Source of the DNA: Tubiluchus corallicola
Taxonomy: Eukaryota; Animalia; Priapulida
Assembly (NCBI GenBank): GCA_030141605.1
Contig: JAQGDQ010000183.1
Location: forward strand, 365,434-429,433
DNA length: 64,000 nucleotides
Reading direction: 5' to 3'
The position numbers and the translations under genes are program-made. Positions 25,705-38,691 of this stretch are shown piece by piece. Position 1 is the first letter of the stretch. Each line of letters opens with the position of its first letter. The notes under the pieces were generated by a model, which was not told the origin of the DNA, did not search any database, and was given only the letters and a program-made list of their open reading frames with translations.

Positions 25705-26147
25705 ATGGTTGGCATCCTTCTGTCTAGGAAGACAATGGAGTGTGCGCCAAGAGAGTCAATTATTGATCACATTGATGGAGCTGCAGCGTCGACTGTGGCT
25801 GAGCAGTGCGATCCTTGAACGTCTCCAGGGCGCACGCCTGGGCAAGGTGTATGGAGATCCTGAGTTGCCCAGACAACAGGAACCCCCTCTCTCCCTCCCT
25901 GGTGTAGTCCAAAGGAAAGCAGAGTGAGCCTTCGGGGCTCCACTCCTGATTTGGAAGGTTTACTCCTCTACACATGGCCGTTGGGTCACTTGACCTCCTC
26001 CGGCCGCTAGTCATTGACTGCTTGTGCAGCTCCTCCGCCTAGTATCGAGATACAGTGTGGGCATCCCGCAAGCCTACAGCACCTGGTATTCCTAGGTGGT
26101 CACCCATCCAAGTACTAACCAGGCTACACGTTGCTTAACTTCGATGA
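25705..26147 (-). mobile_element. 5S rRNA-derived SINE (SINE3-type), 5'-truncated copy
   Basis: The minus strand reads GAAGTTAAGCAAC...GTACTTGGATGGGTGACC...GTGCTGTAGGCTT, then the same body and tail as 58922-59444. Confidence 0.88.
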
Positions 26148-26607
26148 ATGAATACTTGCGGAAGTACAGCAACCTATCAGTTTATCAACGATAGTCCTCT
26201 AAAGCAGCGCTTATCAAACATGCGGAATGCATTATGCATTATAGCACATCCAGCAGTGTATAAACAACCCAATAGAAATAGCTGCAGGACAAATGATGCA
26301 GTACTGCCGTTCTGTTCTGGACGTCTGATAAACGCCGGTTTAGATGAAATATGTAATCAATCGAGTAGTTGTGTGTGCATGCAGCTTCCCTGGACGATAT
26401 GAATAGGCAGAGGCAGCAGCAATTTTTCTGGGTGAACAACCATCCATTCACTGATCAGGTCAAAAAGTGCTTAACTACACACTGTGATCACTTAGCTATT
26501 TTACTCAGCCTGGGGCGAGTTCCTATGACTCGACAAATAATAGACATTACTAGCAAAGGCCCCGCAAAAGATTTTGCGTATAAATACACGTGTAATTAAT
26601 AATACGC

Positions 26608-27365
26608 GAACATCCTACCTAGTCCTCATTTATAACACAAAGCCCGTAACATCCTGCCTACTTACCTAACGCAAAGCAGCAGTGTTTACTCATGCCTACT
26701 GTATGTTTATCTAACCCAAAGCCAGTAGCAGCTTTTTGCTGAATTAAACTTATAGACAGAGTACAATGGATGACGTCAGCACAATGGAATGCGGTCAACA
26801 CGGTTTTCTAAGCGAAAAATGTCGAAATTTGCGGAAAATAAAACACGTAATTAACTCGTCGATACTCCTCTCGGTGGACCTGCCCTAACATATAGCCCAC
26901 ATCATCGTGTAGCCCTGTCCTTCCTCTTTGTAAAGAACCCCATATCTCCTTCCTAGAGTCCCACCGGGCGACGCTAGAAAGTTTTTCCCGCATGCTGTTT
27001 GGTCAAAATTTCGAAAAAATCGCGAGTTGGGTCCGGGAAAACGCCCGTTGTGGGACGCCGTGGCCCTCTCGGGAATTCTAAATATGCCTACTACACCCAC
27101 CGCTGAACGGGCTATCTATCCATACCCAGTATCCCCCCCTCGGCCCGTTCCCGTTCTCTACATCTCAGCCGTATAACTTTTGCAAAAAACGGCCGAAAAA
27201 GGGCCATTATTGGATGTTTTTCGCCCCCCGTTCTTCCCGGTGGGCCCGATTCGAAAAATAAACCCCCAATGGCACGACACTAGATCGAGACCTTTCGTTT
27301 GATATATAGATCGCCGCAAATGGTGCCGTCGTCGAAGCTGTAGCCTCGAATCTTATATATATATA
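26608..27365. mobile_element. Unclassified dispersed repeat, possibly Helitron/Helentron-derived
   Basis: Longer copy of 16100-16555; has gacctttcgtttgatat motif and a (TA)n end; no TIR or TSD seen, so the class is a guess. Confidence 0.55.
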
Positions 27366-27888
27366 AATTAAGCCCATACCAAGAATATTAATATAATAGT
27401 AGATGATACAAAAATGGCCAACTCTTTTGAACAACACAAAATTAACTAAACTTTGACAGCAAACTTGAAAAATCAGGAAATGCGAATATGTTGGAAAGCA
27501 GTGCAGATTTGAACCAGGGACCTTCTGCTTACAAGACAAGCCTACCTTAAACCACTAGGCCACCATATATTCCTAATGACCAAGACAGTCCAAAGGTCAT
27601 CCCTATAGCTAGCCAAAGTAATTCAACATTGTTAAATCATTTAGATACTCATTATAACTAATTACATCAATTAATTTTTTTATTTTGATTTATTCTACAA
27701 TTCCGTGGATAATTAATTACATATTCTAATTTCAATGTCATTACTATTAATCACGCCACAAACTCGTAGTTAACTAAATTCTAAAACTACATTTGAAAGA
27801 CAGGAAGTAGAAAAGAGTTATTTCCTGTAACAGTTATGTGAGCTTCATATTTAGCATCATTGTGACCGATCGACGTGTAACGACTTAC

Positions 27889-27977
27889 TTTTCGGAAAAT
27901 TTTCGGAGGAGCCATTTCAGCTCCGTTTAACGTCTTCAGTAAAAACATCGGCCAGGAAGAAGCATTTCTCCCAAAAC
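27889..27977 (-). CDS. Scm: Scm coding exon 6, MBT1-MBT2 junction
   Basis: FGRNASSWPMFLLKTLNGAEMAPPKIFRK|gtaagt. Confidence 0.95.
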
Positions 27978-28619
27978 CTGAAAATAAAGGAGCATCGGTA
28001 TAGAAACAGCACCTAGTTTTTTTCCGGGGGATTAGGCCGATCACAGTATAAGTGTCTTTAGTCCACTTTGTAAGCAATCAGCAGTCCCCAAAGCCATCAC
28101 AGGAAGTCTAAGAACACCCAGCTGCACAAAAAATAATTAATATTAATCATTGCAAGTTCATATATTAAATTTCATGCAATTGTTGAAACTGGAAATACAG
28201 CACGTGCCGCTTAATAGACTCACTTTGGGATGGAAGTGTTTTGACCCAATTAACATACTGAGTCAATTAGCCGAAGGGTTTATTATATTGATGCTATACA
28301 AGTATGTCATTACGCATCAACATAGTCTGCATTGCTAAGACTATAAAAGAATTTCAGAAACGAACTAGTGTCAAAAATACCTATGTGCAAATTGCAAAAA
28401 TCACAAAAACCTGATTATTACCATTAAAAATTACAATTTTAAATCCATGTAAAGTCGGTTACTTCATTTCTTTATGAGAAAGTTGCTTTATGATATTCTC
28501 ATTTTGATAAAAACATTGAAAATCTGTCACTGTTGCCTGCACACTTTCACGCAAAACACCTAGTCACCTAGTGCTTGAGCTGCAGTTGGTGGTGACCTTG
28601 TAAAAAACAGCAGGAACTT

Positions 28620-29620
28620 CAGAAACAAACTGCTGGTCAAGTGATTAAATGTTTAGCTTCCAGAAACAACGAGGTTAATTGCAGTGGACAAGCGGGTGAC
28701 AGATTCAAAGCAAACCGCTGGTCAAGTGATTAAATGTTTAGCTTCCAGAAACAAACCACTGGTCAAGTGATTAAATGTTTAGCTTCCAGAAACAACGAGG
28801 TTAATTGCAGTGGACAAGCACATGACAGATTCAAATAAAACTGCTGGTCAAGTGATTAAATGTTTAGCTTCCAGAAACAACGAGGTTAATTGCAGTGGAC
28901 AAGCGGGTGACAGATTCAAAGCAAACCGCTGGTCAAGTGATTAAATGTTTAGCTTCCAGAAACAACGAGGTTAACTGCAGTGGACAAGCGGGTGACAGAT
29001 TCAAAGCAAAACCGCTGGTCAAGTGATTAAATGTTTAGCTTCCAGAAACAACGAGGTTAACTGCAGTGGACAAGCGGGTGACAGATTCAAAGCAAAACCG
29101 CTGGTCAAGTGATTAAATATGTAGCTTCCAGAAACAACGAGGTTAATTGCAGTGGACAAGCGGGTGACAGATTCAAAGCAAAACCGCTGGTCAAGTGATT
29201 AAATGTTTAGCTTCCAGAAACAACGAGGTTAACTGCAGTGGACAAGCGGGTGACAGATTCAAAGCAAAACCGCTGGTCAAGTGATTAAATGTTTAGCTTC
29301 CAGAAACAATGAGGTTAACTGCAGTGGACAAGCGGGTGACAGATTCACAGCAAAACGGCTGGTCAAGTGATTAAATATGTAGCTTCCAGAAACAACGAGG
29401 TTAATTGCAGTGGACAAGCGGGTGACAGATTCAAAGCAAAACCGCTGGTCAAGTGATTAAATGTTTAGCTTCCAGAAACAACGAGGTTAACTGCAGTGGA
29501 CAAGCGGGTGACAGATTCAAAGCAAAACCGCTGGTCAAGTGATTAAATGTTTAGCTTCAAGAAACAACGAGGTTAATTGCAGTGGACAAGCGGGTAACGG
29601 ATTCAAAGCAAAACGGCTAT
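28620..29620. repeat. 86-bp minisatellite, about 11 copies
   Basis: Unit gaaacaacgaggttaactgcagtggacaagcgggtgacagattcaaagcaaaaccgctggtcaagtgattaaatgtttagcttcca; an unamplified paralogue lies at 29790-29935. Confidence 0.95.
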
Positions 29621-30172
29621 GCTAATATATTAGTGCATGTAATAAACGTATCGTATCTGCTTACAAACAAAGCTGTGTTTAACGTGACTGTCTCTAGGCA
29701 TATTATAGTTCAAAAAATGACATAAAACAGCAAAAGCTCTTTGGGCACACATAAAGCATCTTATTTTAAGTGCGTGAAGTAAAATATTGAGCTGCAGTTG
29801 GTGATGACCTTGTAAAAAACAGCAGGAACTTCAAAAACAAACTGCTGGGCACTTTATTAAATGTTATGATTCTAGAAACAACGAGGTTAACTGCAGCGGA
29901 GAAGCGGGTGACAGATTCAAAGCAAAACTGCTATGCTAACATATAACATGGACGTTAAACGGAGCTGAGATGGCTCCTCCGCATATGATAAACACACTTA
30001 ACGACAAACAATGCTGTACTTAACAAGACTGTTTCTATGTACATTATAGCACACAGAATCGATGTAAAGATGACATAAAAGCAGTAAAAACTCTTTGGGG
30101 ACACACAACTGTCTTATTTTAAGTGAGCGAGGTAAAATATTGAATAAATCATGCGGAGTTATTTGAGTCAAT

Positions 30173-30666
<494 letters not shown>

Positions 30667-31073
30667 TCATCATTATCGAAGAGCAGAAAGATCAATAACG
30701 AATCGTGAAATGATAAAAAATAGAAATGGGGCGATTATATTCAAATAAAAAGTATTTCCATCAAACACTATTTTGATACGTGAATGCATATTGGAAAACA
30801 TGTACATTGGAAAAAAATTAATGGTTTATTCATCTCAAGAGTTTTCCTGCAAATGAATCAATTAATGTTTGGCCATCGAAACAATTTCAATTTGGCCACA
30901 CCAACCCACTTATTATGGCTGCAACCTACTACGCATGTTTTTCATGCAAGGGACGGAAGGCGGTAGACTGCCGCCCAAGCTCAGCTCTAAGCGCACTCAC
31001 CCTGGTCTGTTTATTTTTCTGCTATGGCCATAGAAAACATTGTAGAAAAGTTTAACAGCCGTGGGATTGAGGT

Positions 31074-31463
31074 CAGGGCCTATTTCAAAGGGGGAAAGTG
31101 GGGATACTTCCCCGGGGCCTCACCCTCCAGGAGGACCTCGCGCCAAGGTAACATTTTTTTGCTTTATGCGAACATACTGCCTCCTCTCTCCCTCTCTTGC
31201 CGCACGTGCGCCGTTTGCCAGTATTAACAAGTATTAAGGACTGGTCTTGAGAATAAAGCAGTTTTTCTTTCAATTGTTCTTTCCTTTAACAACTGTATAA
31301 CTCCATATTTTCTCTTCAAAAATGCTTCTCCGGTGTTCTAACAGTTCAAAAATCTTCTGGCCGCCAACCATGGTAGCGCCCAGCCCCCGGCGCTTCGCCC
31401 CACCCCGATGGGGCCTCATACGCTCCACTTCCCCGGGCCTCGCCTAGGCTAAAATAGGCCCTG
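31074..31463 (-). mobile_element. hAT-type MITE family E (CAGGGCCTATTT TIR)
   Basis: TSD attgaggt. Confidence 0.9.
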
Positions 31464-32046
31464 ATTGAGGTTGCTTCGCCCAACTATTTGTTAATTTACA
31501 ATATTCTGTTTTAGTACCACACCACAAGAAGTTATTGTCAAATTCTCAATGTGGCCCAGTTAAAAAGCAACAACATAGTGAAAGGGTTAAATCCCTTCAT
31601 TTCTATCACGCAAAAAACAGCTATTAACATAATAAATTATGTGCTTCTGATTTGAAAGCCATGTTATGACAATATCCACAAATTTACCAGACGGGACTTT
31701 TAGAAATGCAAAACATAAACTAGTAGCCTTAATCAGACTCCTCAACTAAACTGACCCTACACTTACCAAGCACGAGGCAATAACTAGAGCTGCAAGATAC
31801 CAAGTGCCAATCTTATTTATCCACACAGTTTATTTGCAAGCAAAAAACTATTATGTACAACTTTGCCAATGTGACATTGTTAACTGCATTTAATAAGCCA
31901 AAGATGAAACGTTCTCTCCACATAAATAAATCTGATTATTCTCAAAATATGCAACCGCAAGTCAAAGGCAACTTGCAAATGATTTTGCTAACATTTTCAA
32001 AAATTAAATTTCAAATAATTCTCACATGTTAGCAAAAAAAACTCAC

Positions 32047-32117
32047 CTGGTTAAAGCACTCCTTTGGAGCGGCTTGCGAACCAGTCGATTCCAAATACTG
32101 CGCCCACGAAAACTTTG
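32047..32117 (-). CDS. Scm: Scm coding exon 4, start of MBT1
   Basis: tttag|CA...CAG|gtgagt; KFSWAQYLESTGSQAAPKECFNQ matches the MBT F-x-W-x2-YL...AAP motif. Confidence 0.92.
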
Positions 32118-33148
32118 CTAAACAAATAAAAAATATTTCACGTTTAATCAGTGCCTGGTTTGGTTGACTGCTGTCTAATTTTCAAAACCATGATCGCTTC
32201 ATTACGCATAAATTCTAGCTGTAAAAACATACGGCCCACAAAAGTGGTTGATTCGATATCTAAATGTATATCTGTCATGCAGTTTAACATTTTTTCAGTA
32301 TTTTCTTCATTTTTTGAACCGTAAGATACATACACTAATACCTAGTTAATCAAAATTTTTATAGCTGGATTAAATCTGATACCCTTCAGTAAGTAACCCA
32401 CCCCCAAGATTTAGAGAAACGTCACTTACCGTCTGAGTAATAGTAAATCATGTTCAGCACTTAATACAACAAAAGTTACTCTGCATTCAACAGTAAATCG
32501 TACTTGCCTATAGATACTGAGATACCAAATGATTATCAAAATTCCATTTCATTGTTTTTAATTCATTGTTTAAACATAGTAAACAGAATTAGGAAAATTC
32601 TAAATTTTGCTGTATTTTACCACTTCCATTGTTGCCTGTCAAATGTTTACACAACAATGTTGAAAAAAATCCAAGCAAATAAAAATGCTGTACAGTCTGC
32701 ACCACGAAAACATTACCTAACATTTTTATCATTTTTCGGAAAAGTTTTTCTGAAGGTTTTTCAGTTCAGAAATGTTGCCTACCAATAAGTCTAATTTTCA
32801 CACTTATATTAGTCTCTACTACATGCTTCTGGTTTGGTCCACGTCTGTCTAAACCATTTCCAACTTCTAAACCTATCACACGTGCCTTTAACAAACATGC
32901 GGGTCAACCGATGAATCGAGGTGGAATGTATGTAATTGAAAGAGAGTTCCCGTATATGGTTGAACTTCTCATTCTAAGCAGGGACAACTTTTTATAGTGG
33001 GACCCTTATGGATGACCTTTTTATACTAACAAGTGCTCAATGTTTTCACAAAGCCAAGAAGCCCAGACAATACACAAAGGTATTTCTTGGAAGTAACACT
33101 TTATGACAATCAACAGTAACATGCTGGTTTGCTGGTACAAGACGCACC

Positions 33149-33547
33149 CAGGGCCTATTTCAGCCTAGGCGAGGCCCAGCAAAGTGGGGCATGTGAGGCC
33201 TCATCGGGGGTGGGGCGATGTGCAGGGGGGCGGGCGCCACCATTGTTGGCGCCCAGAAACTTTTTGAACTGCTAGAACACCGGAGAAGCATTTTCGAAGA
33301 GAAAATATGGAGTTATACAGTTGTTAAAGGAAAGAACAATTGAAAGAAAAACTGCTTTATTCTCAAGACCAGTCCTTAATACTTGTCAATACTGGCAAAC
33401 GGCGCACGTGCGGCAAGAGAGAGAGAGAGAGAGAGAGGAGGCAGTATGTTCGCATAAAGGAAAAAAATGTTACCTTGGCACGAGTCCCCCCTGGAGGGTG
33501 AGGCCCCGGGGAAGTATCCCCACTTCCCCCCCTTGAAATAGGCCCTG
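33149..33547 (+). mobile_element. hAT-type MITE family E, opposite orientation
   Basis: TSD gacgcacc. Confidence 0.9.
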
Positions 33548-33984
33548 GACGCACCAAGATTCTGAATACAAAACCCATTTAACCTGTTCGCGTAAACAAT
33601 GGCATTGCTCTTGTATAATATGCAGGATATATCTCAATATGATAACAACTGATTGCATACATAACAAACTTGCAGCATAAATGATAATGTAGAATTTCAA
33701 GTTTTGAATTTCTCTTTGGCAAAGTTTAAGTTGACATCTTACACATGCACGGTTAAAGGAAAAGGCAACCCTCGAACAACATTCACTGTATTTTGATACA
33801 CAATTAAAAATATTGAAATTACCACACAATATATACGCATAAAATACCTTGCTTAGAAATTCAAAAGAAATGTAAATATTTCTTATCTCGAGCCAAAAAT
33901 GATGTAAGCTGGTGGACAATGTTCCGCTATCCTAGTTGACAAAATCTTTGTGTTTAACCGTGTTTACATAAAAAGCAAAAATTA

Positions 33985-34125
33985 CTCATGAAATTTACTC
34001 ACTGTTCAGTTAACGTGAAGAGACAATTGTTTAATGCTTGCTGCACTGCTTTTTATTGTATGTCCTCTTGGAGACATTTTTATTCTTACAATCTTAGCAA
34101 ACTCAGGGTTGCATATAATGTATAT
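33985..34125 (+). mobile_element. Short fragment of the same RTE-X-like LINE
   Basis: catgaaatttactcactgttcagttaacgtgaagagacaattg... matches 6258-6392. Confidence 0.85.
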
Positions 34126-34127
34126 GC

Positions 34128-34782
34128 ATATTGCAAAGTTGAGTTCTAACATTGCTAAGTCAAGCTCTAACATTGCTAAGTTAGGCTCTAACATTCCTAA
34201 GTTAGGCTCTAACATTGCTAAGTTGAGTTCTGACATTGCTAAGTCAAGCTCTAACATTGCTAAGTTAGGCTCTACCATTGCTAAGTTAGGCTCTACCATT
34301 GCTAAGTTAGGCTCTAACATTGCTAAGTTAGGCTCTAACATTGCTAAGTTGAGTTCTGACATTGCTAAGTTAGGCTCTACCATTGCTAAGTTAGGCTCTA
34401 ACATTGCTAAGTTAGGCTCTAACATTGCTAAGTTAGGCTCTACCATTGCTAAGTTAGGCTCTAACATTGCTAAGTTAGGCTCTACCATTGCTAAGTTAGG
34501 CTCTAACATTGCTAAGTTAGGCTCTAACATTGCTAAGTTAGGCTCTAACATTGCTAAGTTGAGTTCTGACATTGCTAAGTCAAGCTCTAACATTGCTAAG
34601 TTAGGCTCTAACATTGCTAAGTTAGGCTCTACCATTGCTAAGTCAAGCTCTAACATTGCTAAGTTAGGCTCTACCATTGCTAAGTTAGGCTCTAACATTG
34701 CTAAGTTAGGCTCTACCATTGCTAAGTTAGGCTCTAACATTGCTAAGTTAGGCTCTACCATTGCTAAATTAGGCTCTAACAT
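34128..34782. repeat. 21-bp minisatellite, about 31 copies
   Basis: Unit ctctaacattgctaagttagg with variants; produces spurious 265-aa ORFs on both strands. Confidence 0.95.
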
Positions 34783-34919
34783 TTGTAATTTAAGCTTTAG
34801 CATGCCTAGAAGTGTTCATTGCATATAAAACATGACCTACAACATTATAAAAGTTGGATTGTAGCAGTTTAATTTTTCCTAAAGTTTATGTTTATTACAG
34901 AATCACGAGGTATACTTAC

Positions 34920-35100
34920 TGACAGGTTGTGTCTGACTCACGGGCTTCCTTCCTGGACGCTTTGCCTCCCCATCCCTGTCCCTGTCCTGCTGAAACTTCT
35001 CTTTGCAATCCTCACTACAAAGCTGCTTTGTTTGACCTCTAACTTCCACTGCATCATATGGCTGACCAGCTATTATGTTTTCACAAATGGTACACGTTCC
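34920..35100 (-). CDS. Scm: Scm coding exon 3, FCS zinc finger 2
   Basis: tttacag|GTCTICENIIAGQPYDAVEVRGQTKQLCSEDCKEKFQQ...QPV|gtaagt. Confidence 0.88.
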
Positions 35101-35257
35101 CTGTAAAACAGAAAATACAGATTATTCAGACTTCTGGAAGAGGAAACTCCACAGTACGGGACAATTTAGTGTCCACCATTCGTGGTAAGAAAACAATGGC
35201 GGCTCGTGTATAGGTACTGTGGAACTGCAGCACCCCCTATTTTCATTCAGTGAAACA

Positions 35258-35836
35258 CCAGTAAGAATTGTCTTAAAGGAAGCCTTAAAATCTTGCAAAA
35301 CACCACCTGACAAACCAAAAACAACTTGGATAGCTAAGATAAATAAAGATGTTCAACAACTTTAACCAAATCTGTCTTTAGGAGTAGAAGAACTTGTGCT
35401 GTTAGCGGCAGATAGGAGTGGGTGGAATACTCTGATAAATGTTGATGCCTCAATGACTACAGCAGACAGAATGAGACTTTGATGATGATGATGATGATGG
35501 CGACGATGACGATGATGAAGAAGAAGATGATGATGACGAGGATGATGATGATGAAGAAGAAGAAGATGATGATGACGACGACAACGATGATAATAATGAT
35601 GATGACGATGATGAAGAAGATGATGATGATGAAGAAGAAGAAGAAGATGATGATGATGATGAGGATGATGATGATGATGAAGAAGAAGATGATGATGACG
35701 ACGACAACGATGATGATAATGATGATGACGATGATGATGATGACGAGGATGATGATGAAGAAGACGAGGATGATGAAGAAGAAGAAGATGATGATGATAA
35801 TGATGATGACGACAACGATGATGATAATGATGACGA
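35258..35836 (+). mobile_element. RTE family 1 3' fragment with long (GAT/GAA/GAC)n tail
   Basis: Matches 20985-21208 in reverse; triplet tail at 35480-35836. Confidence 0.78.
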
Positions 35837-36004
35837 TCGTTTAAATAATACCCACATTACGCACACTTATGCGCAGAGAATATCCATTATAATTAGTTAT
35901 GATAACAGTAACTTGTCCACGTGTATCGACATGCTTCAATACTCGTTTCCGAAAGCCCAATTAGTGAACTACGCACACGGTGCAGAGCAAACTAAGTGTA
36001 ATAC

Positions 36005-36144
36005 CTTTAAGAACTTTTTCTTGAAGTTCGTCATGCAGCCTTCTGAACAGAACTCTTTGATGTTTCCGGTGATGAACGGCATACTGAATCTGAGATCACG
36101 TCGAGTCTGCCCACACCAAGTACAGGCTTTCTTACTGGGTGAAC
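36005..36144 (-). CDS. Scm: Scm coding exon 2, FCS zinc finger 1
   Basis: GSPSKKACTWCGQTRRDLRFSMPFITGNIKEFCSEGCMTNFKKKFLK|gt; CTWC...KEFCSExC resembles the Drosophila Scm N-terminus. Confidence 0.9.
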
Positions 36145-36341
36145 CTAAAAATAAATCCCATCCCTTCATGTACTGTCTTCGTATACGTGAGTCCTATTTC
36201 ACTGAACATCTATTATACGAACATTCGATTATTCAAGACTGTTCTGGCGATGCTACATTATTTAGCTACAGCCAAAATTATATAATGATAATTATTAATA
36301 ATGTCTTATGTTATGTAAGATGTGATATTAAAGAAGATGTA

Positions 36342-36952
36342 TAGTGTTCTCTCGCTACTTCGCGGTTCGTTTATCGCGGACTCGCTGTTTCGCAGGTTTT
36401 CAAAAATATTAACATAAAATATTTATCGCGGTATTTTCGCCATTTTGCGGGTTTTTGCGGTACTCAGTCTAAAGTATTTTTGCACATGAATAGTACGCAT
36501 TGTACAGTAATGTATAGATTTAATGAATTTTGCATAAAAAATCACAAAATGTATAAAAATATATTAAAAATATTAATTCTATCATTAAAAGAATATTATA
36601 AATCCTAAAAAATTACCATTTACAGTAAATAGTGTATTTATTCGGTGGATGAATACACACCAAAAACGGAATGTAGTACTTGTGCCCGCTTGAGATGCTA
36701 CTTGCCGACGTGAGATTGTACACGACACACGATTGGTTGATTGATGGAAAGTTTTTTAAAAGGTACATGTACAGTATGGGAAAAGTTATTAAGGGAATGG
36801 GAAAGGATTATGTATCAGAGTGAGGGGAGGGTTTATAAAAACTTAAAATAATGTATAACTACTAAAATAAGTATAGCGTCCCTACTTCGCGGAAATTCAC
36901 TTATCGCGGGTGGGCCTGGAACGGAACACCCGCGATAAGTGAGGGAACACTG
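36342..36952 (+). mobile_element. Tc1/pogo-like MITE, longer copy
   Basis: TA TSD; TIR ends GAGGGAACACTG. Confidence 0.9.
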
Positions 36953-37489
36953 TAATCGATTTTAGCGTACTGTTTTTATAGATTTCATTTTTGTGCGTCA
37001 GTTTATGTTTTGTAGGATTATTTCAAGTGCAGCTTTCTTTCTTTTATACTGCTTTAATATGAGTATAAATGTCAATAAATAGTAAACTAATAAAAGAAAT
37101 AAAAACGGTTCACATATCATAGTTTGATTATTCATGTTGAAATACTAGACATCACTCTAATTAACCACATATTTCAATACAAAAAATCATGTACTACTTA
37201 CTAGAATCCAGGAATGGATATTGTAAAAATTTAAGAGTCACAAATATTCGATTTTTTTACGAGTTAATTGTGTTCAGACATTCAATCAATCACTGGATTT
37301 TAGGATTTTTATAAAATCTTACTCTCATTATGAATATTCAATTTATTTCGTTATAAACTTACTGTAAAACTTGTTTTTTTTATTTTTGTTGGTTAAAATC
37401 CTATTCTCATTACAAATATTCAGTAAGTATTCAATTTATTTTTTCATAAACTCACTGTTATATTTATATTTATATTATATTATATTACA

Positions 37490-37690
37490 TTACATTACAT
37501 TAAATTATACTATACTATACTATACTATACTATACTATACTATACTATACTATACTATACTATACTATACTATACTATACTATACTATACTATATTATAC
37601 TTACATTATAATTATATTATACTACCAGGTATACTATACTATACTATACTATACTATACTATACTATACTATACTATACTATACTATATT
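37490..37690. repeat. (TATAC)n microsatellite
   Basis: Read directly. Confidence 0.95.
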
Positions 37691-38645
37691 ATATAATAGC
37701 TTAAATTATAGTGAATGTATAGTTTGACTTTAATTTATGGTCTTTCATTGGGATGATACAAATTTAGAAAATATGCAGAAGTTTGTACAGAAATGAACTA
37801 TAAATCCAAAAAAAAAACCATTAAAATTTAAGTTGTTCTAGCTCATAAAACTACAGCAAAAAGTCTCAAGCTATGAACTGATAATTAAATCTTCTAATTT
37901 ACATAGTTAAAAATCAAAACACTACAACTTTATTAGAATTTTCAATTTATATAGTTAATAATGCTCTGTCAAAACGTCTGACGTTATTTTTAACTATGCA
38001 GATCAAAAGTTTTAATAAGGTTGTGGTGTCTTAACTATAAATGTTTTTAAGTGCCTGTAATAAAAAAAAATTGTTGATAACTTAGTGTCTCACACTTCTC
38101 GGCCATCAACTTGTGAGTTAGCATAATTTGACTACTACGCAGAGTAGAAAGCATCTAAAAGGTAAAACCATTTACGCTTAAGTAAGTAAGTAATTTTTTT
38201 ATTATTTTTCTCCAAAAATTCACATTAATTTAACAATAAAGCATACAAAAATACAAATGAACATGGGAGAAAGGGTGGCGAACAACCTAAAGTTAGCGAG
38301 TCAACCACCCTTCTCAGAAAGACAGTAAACAATAAGACGCTAATGACAGCAGAACACAACTATGAAAAATACATAAACATCCATAAATACAAAATACAAA
38401 AATACAACAACAGCAAAAAAATAAAAAACAAAAACCAGTCGTTCCTAAATATAGTCAAACATCAAAGATAATTATATATGGTCCAAAACACAAAACAGAA
38501 AAGAGAATATTTTAATGTTCAGAAAAACAACATTTGCAAGATAAAATTTAACTTGAATCATGGTTATCAGATATGCATTGCTAAACATTGTGAGATGAAA
38601 TTTAAATCAGTGACTTTAGCTTAAATGAAAGTTAATCAAACACAC

Positions 38646-38691
38646 CTCTGACCGATGGTCCCATCCTCAAGTCTTTCTTCTCTGCTGCCAT
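38646..38691 (-). CDS. Scm: Scm coding exon 1 (start codon; the exon probably extends to an acceptor at 38750)
   Basis: ATG GCA GCA GAG... MAAEKKDLRMGPSVR-G|gtgtg; phase 1 joins the 36144 exon; upstream acceptor cttacag at 38751. Confidence 0.65.

Noticed and set aside
34006-34828. 265-aa and 264-aa heptad-repeat ORFs on both strands (antifreeze or coiled-coil look)
   Set aside because: They are translations of a stop-free 21-bp minisatellite attached to a LINE fragment inside an Scm intron.
35450-35866. Poly-Ser, poly-Met and poly-Asp ORFs (also poly-Ile at 29-239 and ER/SL ORFs at 59435-59951)
   Set aside because: Microsatellite translations.
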